Notes: a model not told the origin generated them from the sequence alone. A stretch of 64,000 nucleotides of DNA from Bacteriovoracia bacterium (GCA_050251055.1 JBFWNL010000007.1:128001-192000), one strand, 5' to 3'. Positions 9,161 to 18,669 are shown, numbered from the stretch's first letter. Numbers and translations: made by a program.

Positions 9161-9586
9161 TTATTTCCCGGCCTTTTTCTCACCCAGCCGGGAGATCAGC
9201 TCGAACTCTGCCTTCGACACGGGCATGGCCGAAAGTCGGGACTGTTTCAGCATTAGGAGGCCTTTTAGCTTCGCCGTGGTTTTTATCTCTGCCAGGGCCA
9301 CCGGATTTTTCAGGGAGCTTACGGCGGAGAGATCGACTTGCACCCATTCGCCCTTGGGGTCGGTGGGATCTATTTCCGGATAGGGCTCGGCCAAGATCTT
9401 CGCCACGCCCACCACGGCTTTATCGTCACCGCTGTGGTAAATCAGCACGAGATCGCCTTTGCGCGTTTGCTTTAAAAAGTTGCGGGCCTGGAAGTTGCGG
9501 ATCCCGTTCCACGCGGTTCGCTTGTCGCGCACGAGATCGGCGAAACTATAGGTCGAGGGTTCGGTCTTGAACAGCCAGTGGTTCAT
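9161..9586 (-). CDS. EVE domain protein
   Basis: HWLFKTEP, WNGIRNFQARN, YHS and SRLSAMPV motifs. Confidence 0.92.
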   Translation of the reverse strand: MNHWLFKTEPSTYSFADLVRDKRTAWNGIRNFQARNFLKQTRKGDLVLIYHSGDDKAVVGVAKILAEPYPEIDPTDPKGEWVQVDLSAVSSLKNPVALAEIKTTAKLKGLLMLKQSRLSAMPVSKAEFELISRLGEKKAGK

Positions 9587-9619
9587 GCGGCGGAACGCTA
9601 CAACGCGGGTGGTGAAAAC

Positions 9620-9952
9620 TCAATGGGTGAGCGTGGGATCGCTGGATGCGGCGGGAGGTTGTTCGTTCGGTGGAAGCAAGGCTTCGATGTCGACGGCCTG
9701 GCTCGGGGTGAGATTCTGTTGGGGAGCGATGGGTTCAACGGCGGCCTTCGGTACCTCCGTGCCGGCGTACCAACGCTTAGGCTGGTGCAGCGAAAAAAAG
9801 AGAATGATCACGACGCCCACCGCGACGAAAAAAGCCCACAGGGCCTGCGCCTGGCCCGAGCTGGTTTGCTCTTTGGCGAAACGCAATGCGGACGCCTCTT
9901 TGCTGTGTTTACCAGCGAGCGTTCGACGGGGTTTTTTCTTGGTGATCTCCAT
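9620..9952 (-). CDS. Hypothetical single-pass membrane protein
   Basis: GAGG RBS, basic N-terminus, one TM helix, Pro-rich tail. Confidence 0.6.
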   Translation of the reverse strand: MEITKKKPRRTLAGKHSKEASALRFAKEQTSSGQAQALWAFFVAVGVVIILFFSLHQPKRWYAGTEVPKAAVEPIAPQQNLTPSQAVDIEALLPPNEQPPAASSDPTLTH

Positions 9953-10022
9953 ACCTCATGATTCTTTTCGTCAAGTAATTCTAAGCCTTTAGGGATTTTT
10001 CATTTTCAGGTAAGGATTTTCC

Positions 10023-10685
10023 GTGAATCAGCCGACGGCCGACTACCTTCAAGGGATCTGGAAGCAGCTTGCGGGTCCCTCGGCCGCGCTTCAGGCACGG
10101 GGCCTCCAGTCCGGAATGAGCCCCGGTCTGTTGGGAGAATTGGCGCGGGCAAGGGATAAATACGCTATTGTTTCAATTGGTTGGGATCCGCCGGCTTTCT
10201 TCACGCCCGAGCGGGAAGTGGAGTGGTGTGAAGGGCGTCGGGCGCTCCTGGAGGCCCTTTCGCGATCCGAAGCCGTGGCTGGGCCCCTCCCTCTGCGGGG
10301 GAGCCTAACCCACGCGGAGAAAACGACGATTGCCGTTAGCGCGCGGGCCTCAGGAGTGGGAGTGGACCTCGAGTCCCGCCACCGGCCGATTCACCCGAGT
10401 TTGGGCGAGAAGATCCAAAGTCCCACCGAAGCTGGATTTGCCCTCCGCGCGCTTGAACTTTGGGTACTCAAAGAAGCCTGTTTCAAGGCCCATCCAAGGC
10501 GAGAGCATGCGGATTCAGACGCGAGAGTTCTCAGCGGATATCGGCTCCAGGCGGTGGATCCCCCAGGGTCGGATGCGGGGGGCTTAGCGGGTGTCGCTGA
10601 AGGGTACGGCGAAGTCTTTCGTTTCCGGCTGATTCGAACTGCCGATTGGCTAGTCTCCTTTGCTCTGGCGGGAAACAACCCGTAA
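10023..10685 (+). CDS. 4'-phosphopantetheinyl transferase (EntD/Sfp-like)
   Basis: GSLTH, GVGVDLE and WVLKEACFKA motifs. Confidence 0.8.
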   Translation: MNQPTADYLQGIWKQLAGPSAALQARGLQSGMSPGLLGELARARDKYAIVSIGWDPPAFFTPEREVEWCEGRRALLEALSRSEAVAGPLPLRGSLTHAEKTTIAVSARASGVGVDLESRHRPIHPSLGEKIQSPTEAGFALRALELWVLKEACFKAHPRREHADSDARVLSGYRLQAVDPPGSDAGGLAGVAEGYGEVFRFRLIRTADWLVSFALAGNNP

Positions 10686-10694
10686 GATAGGGCA

Positions 10695-11648
10695 ATGGGC
10701 CACTCCCACGAGCATTCACACGATCACGATCATGGGCATGGCCACCGTCACGCGCACGCCCCTCGGTTCTCCAAGGTAGGCGACGCTCGTGCGCAGCGGG
10801 CGCTCTTTCTTGCCTTGGGACTTACGGCCGCATTCATGGTCGTCGAGTGGGTAGGGGGATGGATCGCCAATAGTTTGGCGCTCATGACGGATGCCGCGCA
10901 TATGCTCACCGACGTGGGGGCACTCGGCTTGAGCGCGTTCGTACTCTGGCTCTCGCGTCGGCCGGGTTCCAAGCAGATGACGTTCGGTTACCAGCGGGCC
11001 GAGATCTTGGGGGCGTTGGCCAACGGCCTCTTGGTCTGGTTGCTGGCGGGGCTTTTGATCTTTGAGGCGATCCAGCGGTTTATGGACCCGCCCGCCGTGC
11101 AGGGCCAGGCGGTGTTTTTCATCGCGATCGGCGGGTTAATCGTAAATCTGATCGGGATGCGGCTCCTGCATTCTTCACAGGGACATAGTTTGAATCTCCG
11201 GGGTGCGTACCTGCACATTCTGGGTGATTTATTGGGGAGTGTCGGCGCGATCGTCGCGGGATTCGTGCTTTGGCGCACGGATTGGCGCTGGATCGACCCC
11301 CTGGTCTCCATTCTGTTTTCCGCGCTGGTGCTCTATAGTGCTTGGCGGCTCGTGCGCGACGCGGTCGAAATTCTCATGGAGAGCTCGCCCAAGGGCATCG
11401 ATCCCGCTCGCGTGATGGCCGACCTGTCGGCGGTGCCCACCATCACGGGCGTGCATGATTTGCACATCTGGACGGTTTCGAGCGGCAAGCTAGCGCTCAG
11501 CGTGCATCTCATCTCCGAGCGCAACGAAGAGGCGCTCCAGGAAGCCCATCGCATTTTGGATGCGAAATACGGAATCCATCACACGACGATCCAGGTCGAA
11601 CATCCGAAACGCTTCCAAAGCGATCGCTGCTTCGATTGTGCGCACTAG
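10695..11648 (+). CDS. Cation diffusion facilitator (CzcD/ZitB-type Zn/Co/Cd exporter)
   Basis: His-rich N-terminus, SLALMTDAAHMLTD, HILGD, HDLHIW and HTTIQVE motifs. Confidence 0.93.
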   Translation: MGHSHEHSHDHDHGHGHRHAHAPRFSKVGDARAQRALFLALGLTAAFMVVEWVGGWIANSLALMTDAAHMLTDVGALGLSAFVLWLSRRPGSKQMTFGYQRAEILGALANGLLVWLLAGLLIFEAIQRFMDPPAVQGQAVFFIAIGGLIVNLIGMRLLHSSQGHSLNLRGAYLHILGDLLGSVGAIVAGFVLWRTDWRWIDPLVSILFSALVLYSAWRLVRDAVEILMESSPKGIDPARVMADLSAVPTITGVHDLHIWTVSSGKLALSVHLISERNEEALQEAHRILDAKYGIHHTTIQVEHPKRFQSDRCFDCAH

Positions 11649-11652
11649 CGGG

Positions 11653-12669
11653 TTAGTTGCCAAAAATCAGCGTGTAGACCTTCACCATGTCGTCATAGGT
11701 GGTGCCCAAGGTGAGCACGTCCCCGTTGATGATGTCTTTTTCCCAGTGATACATCGAGCTGAACACGAAGCGCTTGATCTTGCGCGCCTGCAGTTTCTCG
11801 ACGCGCTCGGCGGTGAGGAACTTCGCGAAATCGGTCATGAGGGCGTCGATCTGCACCTTGTCCAAGTCGTAGTAGTTAAAGCCGTCGAAACCGTGCACGA
11901 ACACCACATCGAGCATTTGTTGGAGTACGGTCGAGTTCAAGGCGCTGGATTCGTCGAAATAGCCCTTCCGGCCCATCTGGATCCAAAGACCCGTGCGGAC
12001 CACGGTCTTGCCGTCCTCGAATCCCATGTACTGGGCGCGGCGGATGGTGCTTTCCCGATCATCCGGAGACGTGTCGTCAAACCAAATCTTGCCGAAGGTT
12101 TGCACCTTTTGCCGGAACGCCGCCGAGCCCGAAAGGTCGTCGATCAGGCGTAGGTTCGCTAGGTAGGCGCGATTGACGGCGGTGTAGCCGCCGCTGATCG
12201 TTTGTTTACGCCGGAATTCGGCGATGGCTACGTTTTCTTTCACCTGCTTTTCCAGGCGCGCGATTTCGTCTAACTCTACTTGGAAGGTTTCATATTCCTT
12301 CAAGATGTTTTCGTCGTCTTGTCCGTCGTAGGCGTACAGGATGAGATGCTCCCGCGGGAGGCTTCGTTGCGCCATCACCGTCGGGTAATCCTTACTGTCT
12401 TTTGCGGGCGTGTAAGCTTCGCGGATTTGGACTTCGCGGATGGCTCTTTCGGCGCCGAACACCACGCCGGCGTCGCTCTCCATCACCAGCTGGTAAAGGT
12501 GATTCACGCCTTCGGCGCGCTTCACGAAGGGCAGGCCTGCGGAAAAGGTCAGGTCGACGCTTTTTTTCAGCTCGGCCACCTTCTGTTCATAGGTCATTTC
12601 GGCTTGCGCCCCGACCGCTAACCCGAGTCCCAAAACCATTCCGGCGCACATCGTGAACCAACGTTGCAT
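11653..12669 (-). CDS. Secreted hypothetical protein
   Basis: Signal peptide ending AQA, purine-rich RBS, host-like codon usage. Confidence 0.75.
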   Translation of the reverse strand: MQRWFTMCAGMVLGLGLAVGAQAEMTYEQKVAELKKSVDLTFSAGLPFVKRAEGVNHLYQLVMESDAGVVFGAERAIREVQIREAYTPAKDSKDYPTVMAQRSLPREHLILYAYDGQDDENILKEYETFQVELDEIARLEKQVKENVAIAEFRRKQTISGGYTAVNRAYLANLRLIDDLSGSAAFRQKVQTFGKIWFDDTSPDDRESTIRRAQYMGFEDGKTVVRTGLWIQMGRKGYFDESSALNSTVLQQMLDVVFVHGFDGFNYYDLDKVQIDALMTDFAKFLTAERVEKLQARKIKRFVFSSMYHWEKDIINGDVLTLGTTYDDMVKVYTLIFGN

Positions 12670-12873
12670 ATGAGTTTCCCTTCCCTTTATGGCGCCGTAA
12701 TCTAGCGAACGCTTTCTCCAAAGGGAAGGGAATTGGCCGAAAAACGAGGAGAGAGGTCTGTGCCGCAGCAGGTCATTCGGATGTGTTTAGAGGATTGACA
12801 GGCTGCGTTTCGCGCCATAGAACGTCCGCAACCTTCAGGGATAGGGTTATTTGTCAGAGGGGAGATTGAAGTC

Positions 12874-13251
12874 ATGAGAAAAATTTTTGGGATGATCGTG
12901 GTGGGCCTCGTCATTTCGAGTGCGAGCCAGGCGGAGATTTTTACGTTCCGCGACAATGGCGGATACTTTCGCGCGATCAATGAAACCGGCAAGGAGATCG
13001 TGAACGTCCACGGCGTGGATCTTTTCGAAGTCAGCCCGAACCTGGTGGGCTACTTGGCACCCGGTGGCGTGTTCGTCGTGGTGACTTCCAAGGGCGACGA
13101 GATCATGCGCTCCCGCGACGTGCGCGAATTCCAAGTCGGCAGCGGCTTGGTGGGCTATCGTGACGGCACCGGCCGCGTGCGCGCGATCAACATGGCAGGC
13201 GAAGAGATTCTCAACGTCTCCGGCGTCAGCCGCTACAAAGTCGGCCGCTAG
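12874..13251 (+). CDS. Small secreted protein built from three 35-aa beta repeats
   Basis: Signal peptide ending SQA, GGAG RBS, TTGACA-N17-TAGAAC at 12795-12823, three aligned repeats. Confidence 0.75.
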   Translation: MRKIFGMIVVGLVISSASQAEIFTFRDNGGYFRAINETGKEIVNVHGVDLFEVSPNLVGYLAPGGVFVVVTSKGDEIMRSRDVREFQVGSGLVGYRDGTGRVRAINMAGEEILNVSGVSRYKVGR

Positions 13252-13270
13252 GCCTGATTCGTTTTTAAGT

Positions 13271-13314
13271 AAAGAAGAAGGCGGGATCCGCGCGGATCCC
13301 GCCTTTTGTTTTTT
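13271..13314. terminator. Bidirectional intrinsic terminator
   Basis: Perfect 28-bp palindrome AAGGCGGGATCCGCGCGGATCCCGCCTT with A/T tracts, between convergent genes. Confidence 0.85.
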
Positions 13315-13320
13315 GTCTCG

Positions 13321-16300
13321 CTATTTGAGCAACACGTCCAACAGCAGGCTTTGCTGCGAGTCGAGTTCCTGCTTGTACTTCAGGTAGTACGCGTAGCGCG
13401 CTTCGGCGGCCTTACGCTGTTCCGCGCCGTTGTTCCATTTCTGGCGGGCCTGACCCACAATGTCGCCGAAGGCCTCTTGATTCAGGGGCTGGCGACCTTG
13501 CAGGGCCTTGAAGGCGGGAACTTGGGCGTTTTGTTGGATCAGCTGGCTGAGGGGAGAGCTGTCGGCCACCTGGTTTTCTTCCAGGGTTTGGTAGACCGCC
13601 GCGGACGCCTTCAGAACCGCCGACACCTGTTCCGTGGGTTCCACCGGGATTTCTTGCACGGCCTGGACAATGGCCACGAAGCGCTCTTTGAATTGACCGA
13701 CATTCACGGGTAGGTCTTGGGTGGGCACCGTTTCACGGACGAGCTTGGCCAGCGCCTCGTAGCCGGCGAAGTATGCGGCTTCCGACGGCGGTGCTTTGGA
13801 CATTCGGCCGATCTCGTCGTAGCGTTTGAGGAAACCGATCGTCACCGAGCTTTCCTCGTTAAATGTTCCGATGTATCCTGCGCCGAACTTCACCGCGTAG
13901 GCGGCCTGGTTCAGCTGGTCCTTGTCGATGCGCGTGATCCCGTACGGGCGCAGCCGGCGTTCGGTCTCGGCCGTGCGGTTCGGGATGCCGAGCCCACCGC
14001 GGTATGCGTCAAACAAGGTCGTGATCAGCTCCTGTTCCTTGCTAAAGCGAGGACGGTAGGTCAGGGCGGGTTCGTTCTCCAGCCTCAGGTTTTCCGGCAC
14101 GCTTACCCCCATGGCCACGCGGGCCGTGAGGTAATCGCCGATTTCCCGCCGCCAGGCGGGTTCGTCGATGAAGTTCGGGTAGATGTCGCGCGCGATGTTC
14201 TTTTGCGAAAACGTGACTCGGGCCGATAGATAGTTCATAGCCGCTTGGCGTACGCCCTCAAGGCCTACAACATCAAACGGCTTCGCGAGATCCGCGGAAG
14301 TGGTCCCGTTGCGGGTGGTAACCACGTGCACGCCGAACTCGTCGTCCGATTTGTAGCGAACGTCTTTTAGGTAGTAGCCGTATTCGTCCACGACCTCCTT
14401 GCCCTGTTTGGCGAGGTACGCGCGCACGGCCTCATCGCCGCATCCTTTGATGGCGATGTTCTGGGAGCGGTAGAGATCCTCGCGCAGGAGGCTGACTTCG
14501 ACCAGATCCACGGGGCGGGCGGTGAGCGTGGCGTCGCTGGCGCGCACGGCGCAGTACCGGTTTGAGATGAAAGCGTTGTCGCGGAAGAACTCATAGACCT
14601 TCACGGCCGCCTCGCGGTAATCGCGATAGGCGCGGGAGAATTTTCCGTCGGACTCGGTGCTGTTTTTCATCTCTTCCAGCTTTTGCTCGAAGCCCGCTTC
14701 GTCGAAGGCTTCCAGATAGGTGTAAGTCAAGCCCAAGTACTGGGCGAGGTGGAAGCGCCACTCGTCGTACACGCGCTTGAGCGGATTGAAGTAGGAGCGT
14801 TTCACGTAGTTCATGAAGGCATCCGAGCTCAGCATGTTGTAACGATCATGACGATAGCCTTCCCGTGCGTACACGGTCTGGTACTCGTGAATCCAATGAT
14901 TCACGATTTCTAGCGGATTCGTGCCCGCATCGAAGCGGTTGCAAAGGGGATCCGCGGCTAGCGCCACGTCCTCGTCGGTGCAGTAGCGGAAGGGCTTCAG
15001 CGCCTTGTCCGCCCCGGCGCGGAGGACGTTGCCGGCAATATCCTGCGCGGGGTCGAGCGTGAGCAGGCTTTCGTCGGCCAGAGCTACCTGAGCGGCGTAC
15101 CCGAACCGGATCGCCGCGACGTCGTATTTTCCCGCGATCGTCAGGCGGTCTTCGTCGTCGGCCGTGTAGTCCATGATGGAGGAGCTGCGAACCGGGTCGG
15201 ACGTTCCGGTTTCCTTCACGTCGTGGAAGTTCGCTTGGTCGGTCGAGGCGATGAAGTTGTGGCGCAAGCCTAGGTTGTGACCGATTTCGTGGATCAAGAC
15301 CGGCACGAGGCGCGAAGGGAGCAGCTTTTCGGCGCAATCACCGAGAACCTTGCTTTCCTCGATGTCGGAGGTGACGTCGGTTTGCCGCAGCTTCGCGACG
15401 TAGGCGTCGACCTGGCCTCCGCATTTGAGCTTCATGTCCTCGATCAGGTGCTTGATCGAGATCGTTTGGTCGCAATCCCAGGCGCGCCGGGAAACCTTCG
15501 CCGGAGTCGCGGCCACGGCTTCGAAGGTGCCTTCGTAGAGGCCATTCGGACCCTTCACGTGTTTCAACGATGCACCTTCAGTCGGAGCCGGGATCGCCGG
15601 TTCCGACTCGGCGGGCGTCTTGACCGACGGTCCGGCGATCGCTTTACGGTCGAATAAGCCGAGTTCGGCGCGGACGTAGCGACGCAGGTTGTTCACGATG
15701 TTGCTCTTGATTGGGGTGATGTAGATGTTCGCGGTCGCGGAGATGATCTCGCCCGTGCTTGGATCAACGATCGAAGGCCCGAAGCCCAAAAGGTCACCAT
15801 CGGAGATCGAGCTTACCAGATTGATCGCGTTGTAGCGCAGGTCCCCGAGCGGGACGTCCAGACTCAGGTCATTCGCGTCGGCGGCTTCTTCCAGGCGTAC
15901 TTGCACTTTGCTGCCGGCGTCGCGGAAGGCCTGGTTCCAAGCGTGAATGGCGTCGCGACCGGCCTGACGCAGGTAGCCTGGGCTTCCCTGGGCGAAACGG
16001 TAAACGATGTCATTTTTTGGGTTGAATCGCTGCATGAGGAAGTCCCGTTCAAAGTCTTCCTGCTTGTCCATTTCCCACGTCTTGAAGCGGGGTTTTTTGA
16101 CGGTGAAGAAGCCGAACTTATGCATGTCTTCCGTGAAGTAGCGCCGGGCTTCGTAGCCGCGATCTTCCACGCGGCGCAAGGCGTACTTATAGCGAACCGA
16201 CTCGCCCGTTTTCATGATCGTGAAGCTGATGTAGTCGTGGGAGATCTCGAGATCGATGAGCTTCGTGTCGGTACGGTTCGAGACGTAGAGACTCTGTACG

Positions 16301-17334
16301 TTGGCGAAGCCTACCTGCATATACGGACGGGTTTCGGGCAGGTGCTGGTAGTCGACCATGCCCTTCATCCCACGGCCGGAGCCGTAATTTTCAAGGCGGT
16401 ATTCCAGCCGATCGATGGGGAGTACGAGCACCGGGAGGTAGTTCACCTCATTCGACTTGTTGAGGCGGTCATCGATGTTGACGCTCACTCCGCGCAAAAT
16501 ATTGCCCGTGGCTAGGAACTTGATTTTGGTGGCCAGGCCCAACCGGGAATCCGCCTGGTTGGAGTAGGATTCGCCCACGATCACGTCGCTGTGGTTGGGG
16601 TTAGAGTCGATGAGAGTCTCCGAGAAATACCATTCGCCGTCGAATAGACTGGCGGGAAACACGTCAATCTGGCGGACGGGCTCGAAAGCTTCTCGGCCTT
16701 CATACACGATACGCACGTGGGTGGCTTCTTGCGCGCTCGGAACGGAGATTTCGGTCAGCTCGTGGGAGGCTTCCCCGAATTCATTTTTCTTCGGCTCTAC
16801 CCGCACGTATCTCACTGGGTAGCCGACAAGAGGAATCGCCAGTTGATCGCTCATCAGCTTTTCGCCGATGTCCGTGGCGTAGGGGAATTCCAGATAAGGT
16901 AAATCCACGCGGCGGCCGATCTTGTAGATTTTCAGTCGATCCTGTTCGAGTTTGTAGACTAGGTCGTACTCGTGGTGTTCGCGACCGTAGAGAGGAACGT
17001 CGCCGAGCAGGGTTTCCGTCGACCGGTACGCAACCAGGGGGAGATTGTTGACAATCTTGTCCGAATCGCTGGCGGCGGAGAGCGATGGCGAGATGATGGG
17101 GTTGCCGGCCTGGCTGAAGCGCGCGTCCGCGATTTTGTTGTTCGTTTGCAGCTTGAACCGCTTGCCATCCACCGCGCTGATTTCAAGCAGACCGATGCCT
17201 TCGCCCTGGCCGAATTTCGTCTCGCGCTTGGGCGTACAGGCAGCGGTGATGAGTCCCAGGCAGGCAGCCATGAGCACGAGGCCGATAGGGAAGCTGGGAT
17301 CTAAACGGGTTTGGGCGGGGGTTTTCTTTTTCAT
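13321..17334 (-). CDS. Large zinc-dependent metalloprotease lipoprotein (metzincin, EcxA/DUF4953-like)
   Basis: Lipobox TAAC, GDLRYNAI, DPSTGEIISA, HEIGHNLGLRHNF zinc motif, SSIMDY Met-turn, YDVAAIRFGY. Confidence 0.88.
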   Translation of the reverse strand: MKKKTPAQTRLDPSFPIGLVLMAACLGLITAACTPKRETKFGQGEGIGLLEISAVDGKRFKLQTNNKIADARFSQAGNPIISPSLSAASDSDKIVNNLPLVAYRSTETLLGDVPLYGREHHEYDLVYKLEQDRLKIYKIGRRVDLPYLEFPYATDIGEKLMSDQLAIPLVGYPVRYVRVEPKKNEFGEASHELTEISVPSAQEATHVRIVYEGREAFEPVRQIDVFPASLFDGEWYFSETLIDSNPNHSDVIVGESYSNQADSRLGLATKIKFLATGNILRGVSVNIDDRLNKSNEVNYLPVLVLPIDRLEYRLENYGSGRGMKGMVDYQHLPETRPYMQVGFANVQSLYVSNRTDTKLIDLEISHDYISFTIMKTGESVRYKYALRRVEDRGYEARRYFTEDMHKFGFFTVKKPRFKTWEMDKQEDFERDFLMQRFNPKNDIVYRFAQGSPGYLRQAGRDAIHAWNQAFRDAGSKVQVRLEEAADANDLSLDVPLGDLRYNAINLVSSISDGDLLGFGPSIVDPSTGEIISATANIYITPIKSNIVNNLRRYVRAELGLFDRKAIAGPSVKTPAESEPAIPAPTEGASLKHVKGPNGLYEGTFEAVAATPAKVSRRAWDCDQTISIKHLIEDMKLKCGGQVDAYVAKLRQTDVTSDIEESKVLGDCAEKLLPSRLVPVLIHEIGHNLGLRHNFIASTDQANFHDVKETGTSDPVRSSSIMDYTADDEDRLTIAGKYDVAAIRFGYAAQVALADESLLTLDPAQDIAGNVLRAGADKALKPFRYCTDEDVALAADPLCNRFDAGTNPLEIVNHWIHEYQTVYAREGYRHDRYNMLSSDAFMNYVKRSYFNPLKRVYDEWRFHLAQYLGLTYTYLEAFDEAGFEQKLEEMKNSTESDGKFSRAYRDYREAAVKVYEFFRDNAFISNRYCAVRASDATLTARPVDLVEVSLLREDLYRSQNIAIKGCGDEAVRAYLAKQGKEVVDEYGYYLKDVRYKSDDEFGVHVVTTRNGTTSADLAKPFDVVGLEGVRQAAMNYLSARVTFSQKNIARDIYPNFIDEPAWRREIGDYLTARVAMGVSVPENLRLENEPALTYRPRFSKEQELITTLFDAYRGGLGIPNRTAETERRLRPYGITRIDKDQLNQAAYAVKFGAGYIGTFNEESSVTIGFLKRYDEIGRMSKAPPSEAAYFAGYEALAKLVRETVPTQDLPVNVGQFKERFVAIVQAVQEIPVEPTEQVSAVLKASAAVYQTLEENQVADSSPLSQLIQQNAQVPAFKALQGRQPLNQEAFGDIVGQARQKWNNGAEQRKAAEARYAYYLKYKQELDSQQSLLLDVLLK

Positions 17335-18161
17335 AAGATGTACTCCAAGGAAAGGAAAGCGCTCGAGGAATTGGGATTATAGAGGGATATATTGGAATCG
17401 ACTCCGTTGGCCTTCAGGCCAGAGCCGGAGTTGGTGTGACCGACGCTCGCGGTGAAATGTTCGCTGAGACCCAGACTCAGCGCTTGATCCCAGTTAAACT
17501 GGTTTTTGATCGCGCCCTCGTAAGTCCAGGCGGTCGTGAACGTGAAGTTAGTTTCGAAGGCGAGTTTTTTATAGATGGGCGCGACGGCGTTGAGGCGGTG
17601 GCTTAGCGAGTAGCGAGGGTTTGCCTTCCCGTCCAGCGTCGTGGAGTATTCGTGAAGATGCCGCGCGAACCCGAGGTCGTAGAACGCGCTAACCTCCCAA
17701 CCCCAGCTTTCGGGAGCCGTAAAAAGTAGGCGGGGAGCGATCCGAAGCGTGGTGATGAGCTGCTGATTGTCGCGCTCAATACGGCTCAGCGGAATGTTCG
17801 CGGAACCCGTGACGTTGAGCTCAAGCGTGGGCGAGAGCGAGATTTCAGAACGGGTGAGGTAAATCTGAGTTTTTTGGGAGCGTAGTTCACGGGAATCAGA
17901 GAGGTCCTGTACGATCACCGCCACCGCGCCGAGGGTGTACGCCGAAGAAAACCGATAAGTTGGGTTCAGGGTAGCGCTAAGGTCGGCCCGGTGAAGGGAG
18001 TCATCCCAAGCGTGTAGGCTCGAACTGGCTTGGAGTTCCGCGGCGAACCCGAATCGGGCGCCCTCCGATGACGACTCGACGGCGAGAGCGGACGAGCCGA
18101 CCAAGATCGACGTCCATAGAAAAACAGGTCTAAATAGGATCCCTTCACTTCTTAACCGCAT
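17331..18161 (-). CDS. Putative outer-membrane beta-barrel protein
   Basis: Signal peptide, alternating amphipathic strands, C-terminal AFLSLEYIL, ATGA overlap with the protease gene. Confidence 0.65.
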   Translation of the reverse strand: MRLRSEGILFRPVFLWTSILVGSSALAVESSSEGARFGFAAELQASSSLHAWDDSLHRADLSATLNPTYRFSSAYTLGAVAVIVQDLSDSRELRSQKTQIYLTRSEISLSPTLELNVTGSANIPLSRIERDNQQLITTLRIAPRLLFTAPESWGWEVSAFYDLGFARHLHEYSTTLDGKANPRYSLSHRLNAVAPIYKKLAFETNFTFTTAWTYEGAIKNQFNWDQALSLGLSEHFTASVGHTNSGSGLKANGVDSNISLYNPNSSSAFLSLEYIL

Positions 18162-18193
18162 TCACGCTCCATCGACCTAGTGCGGCGGCATAG

Positions 18194-18209
18194 AGCGAAG
18201 AGCGTGCCA
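18194..18209 (-). promoter_or_regulatory. sigma54 -24/-12 promoter
   Basis: Minus-strand TGGCACGCTCTTCGCT (GG-N10-GC), 32 nt upstream of the ATG at 18161. Confidence 0.68.
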
Positions 18210-18369
18210 GTAGAAAACAGGGAACTGGGCAAAATGGCCCCAGGGGAGTCGGTAGTTTAGCGAGAGGGCGTCGCGGGGTTAGGCCACTGAGCTGGTCACT
18301 CACGCCGCGACTGTAAAAGACTTCGACAGATTGCTGGTCTCCTGGGCGAGCCTTCATTAGCATAGAGGA

Positions 18370-18657
18370 ATGAAAGCAATATTCGTTGGATTCCTTTTAG
18401 GTTCGGGGGCGCTGGTTTCCACATACGCGGCGGACCACATGGGTCCCTGTGATGAGCAGGTAAAGCGTGTCGTGAGCCAGCAATGCATGGATGGTTGCCG
18501 AGCCCGATATCAAGCGGACGTCGCAGATTGCGATGCTCTAAGTTGGATCGATCCGGGTTACGCGGCTTGCTTGGAGCAGGCTCAAGCGCGCTACACGGGC
18601 TGCACCGCGATTTGCCAAGGTAAGATTAAGCGCTGTACCGTCGCGCCCGAAGGCTGA
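18370..18657 (+). CDS. Secreted 8-Cys mini-protein
   Basis: GAGG RBS, signal peptide, C-x11-C-x3-C-x10-C-x12-C-x10-C-x3-C-x6-C. Confidence 0.75.
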   Translation: MKAIFVGFLLGSGALVSTYAADHMGPCDEQVKRVVSQQCMDGCRARYQADVADCDALSWIDPGYAACLEQAQARYTGCTAICQGKIKRCTVAPEG

Positions 18658-18669
18658 TTTTGATTTCCT

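Noticed and set aside
10695-10760. CAC/GAT-rich low-complexity repeat
   Set aside because: Explained by the His-rich N-terminal tail typical of CDF transporters
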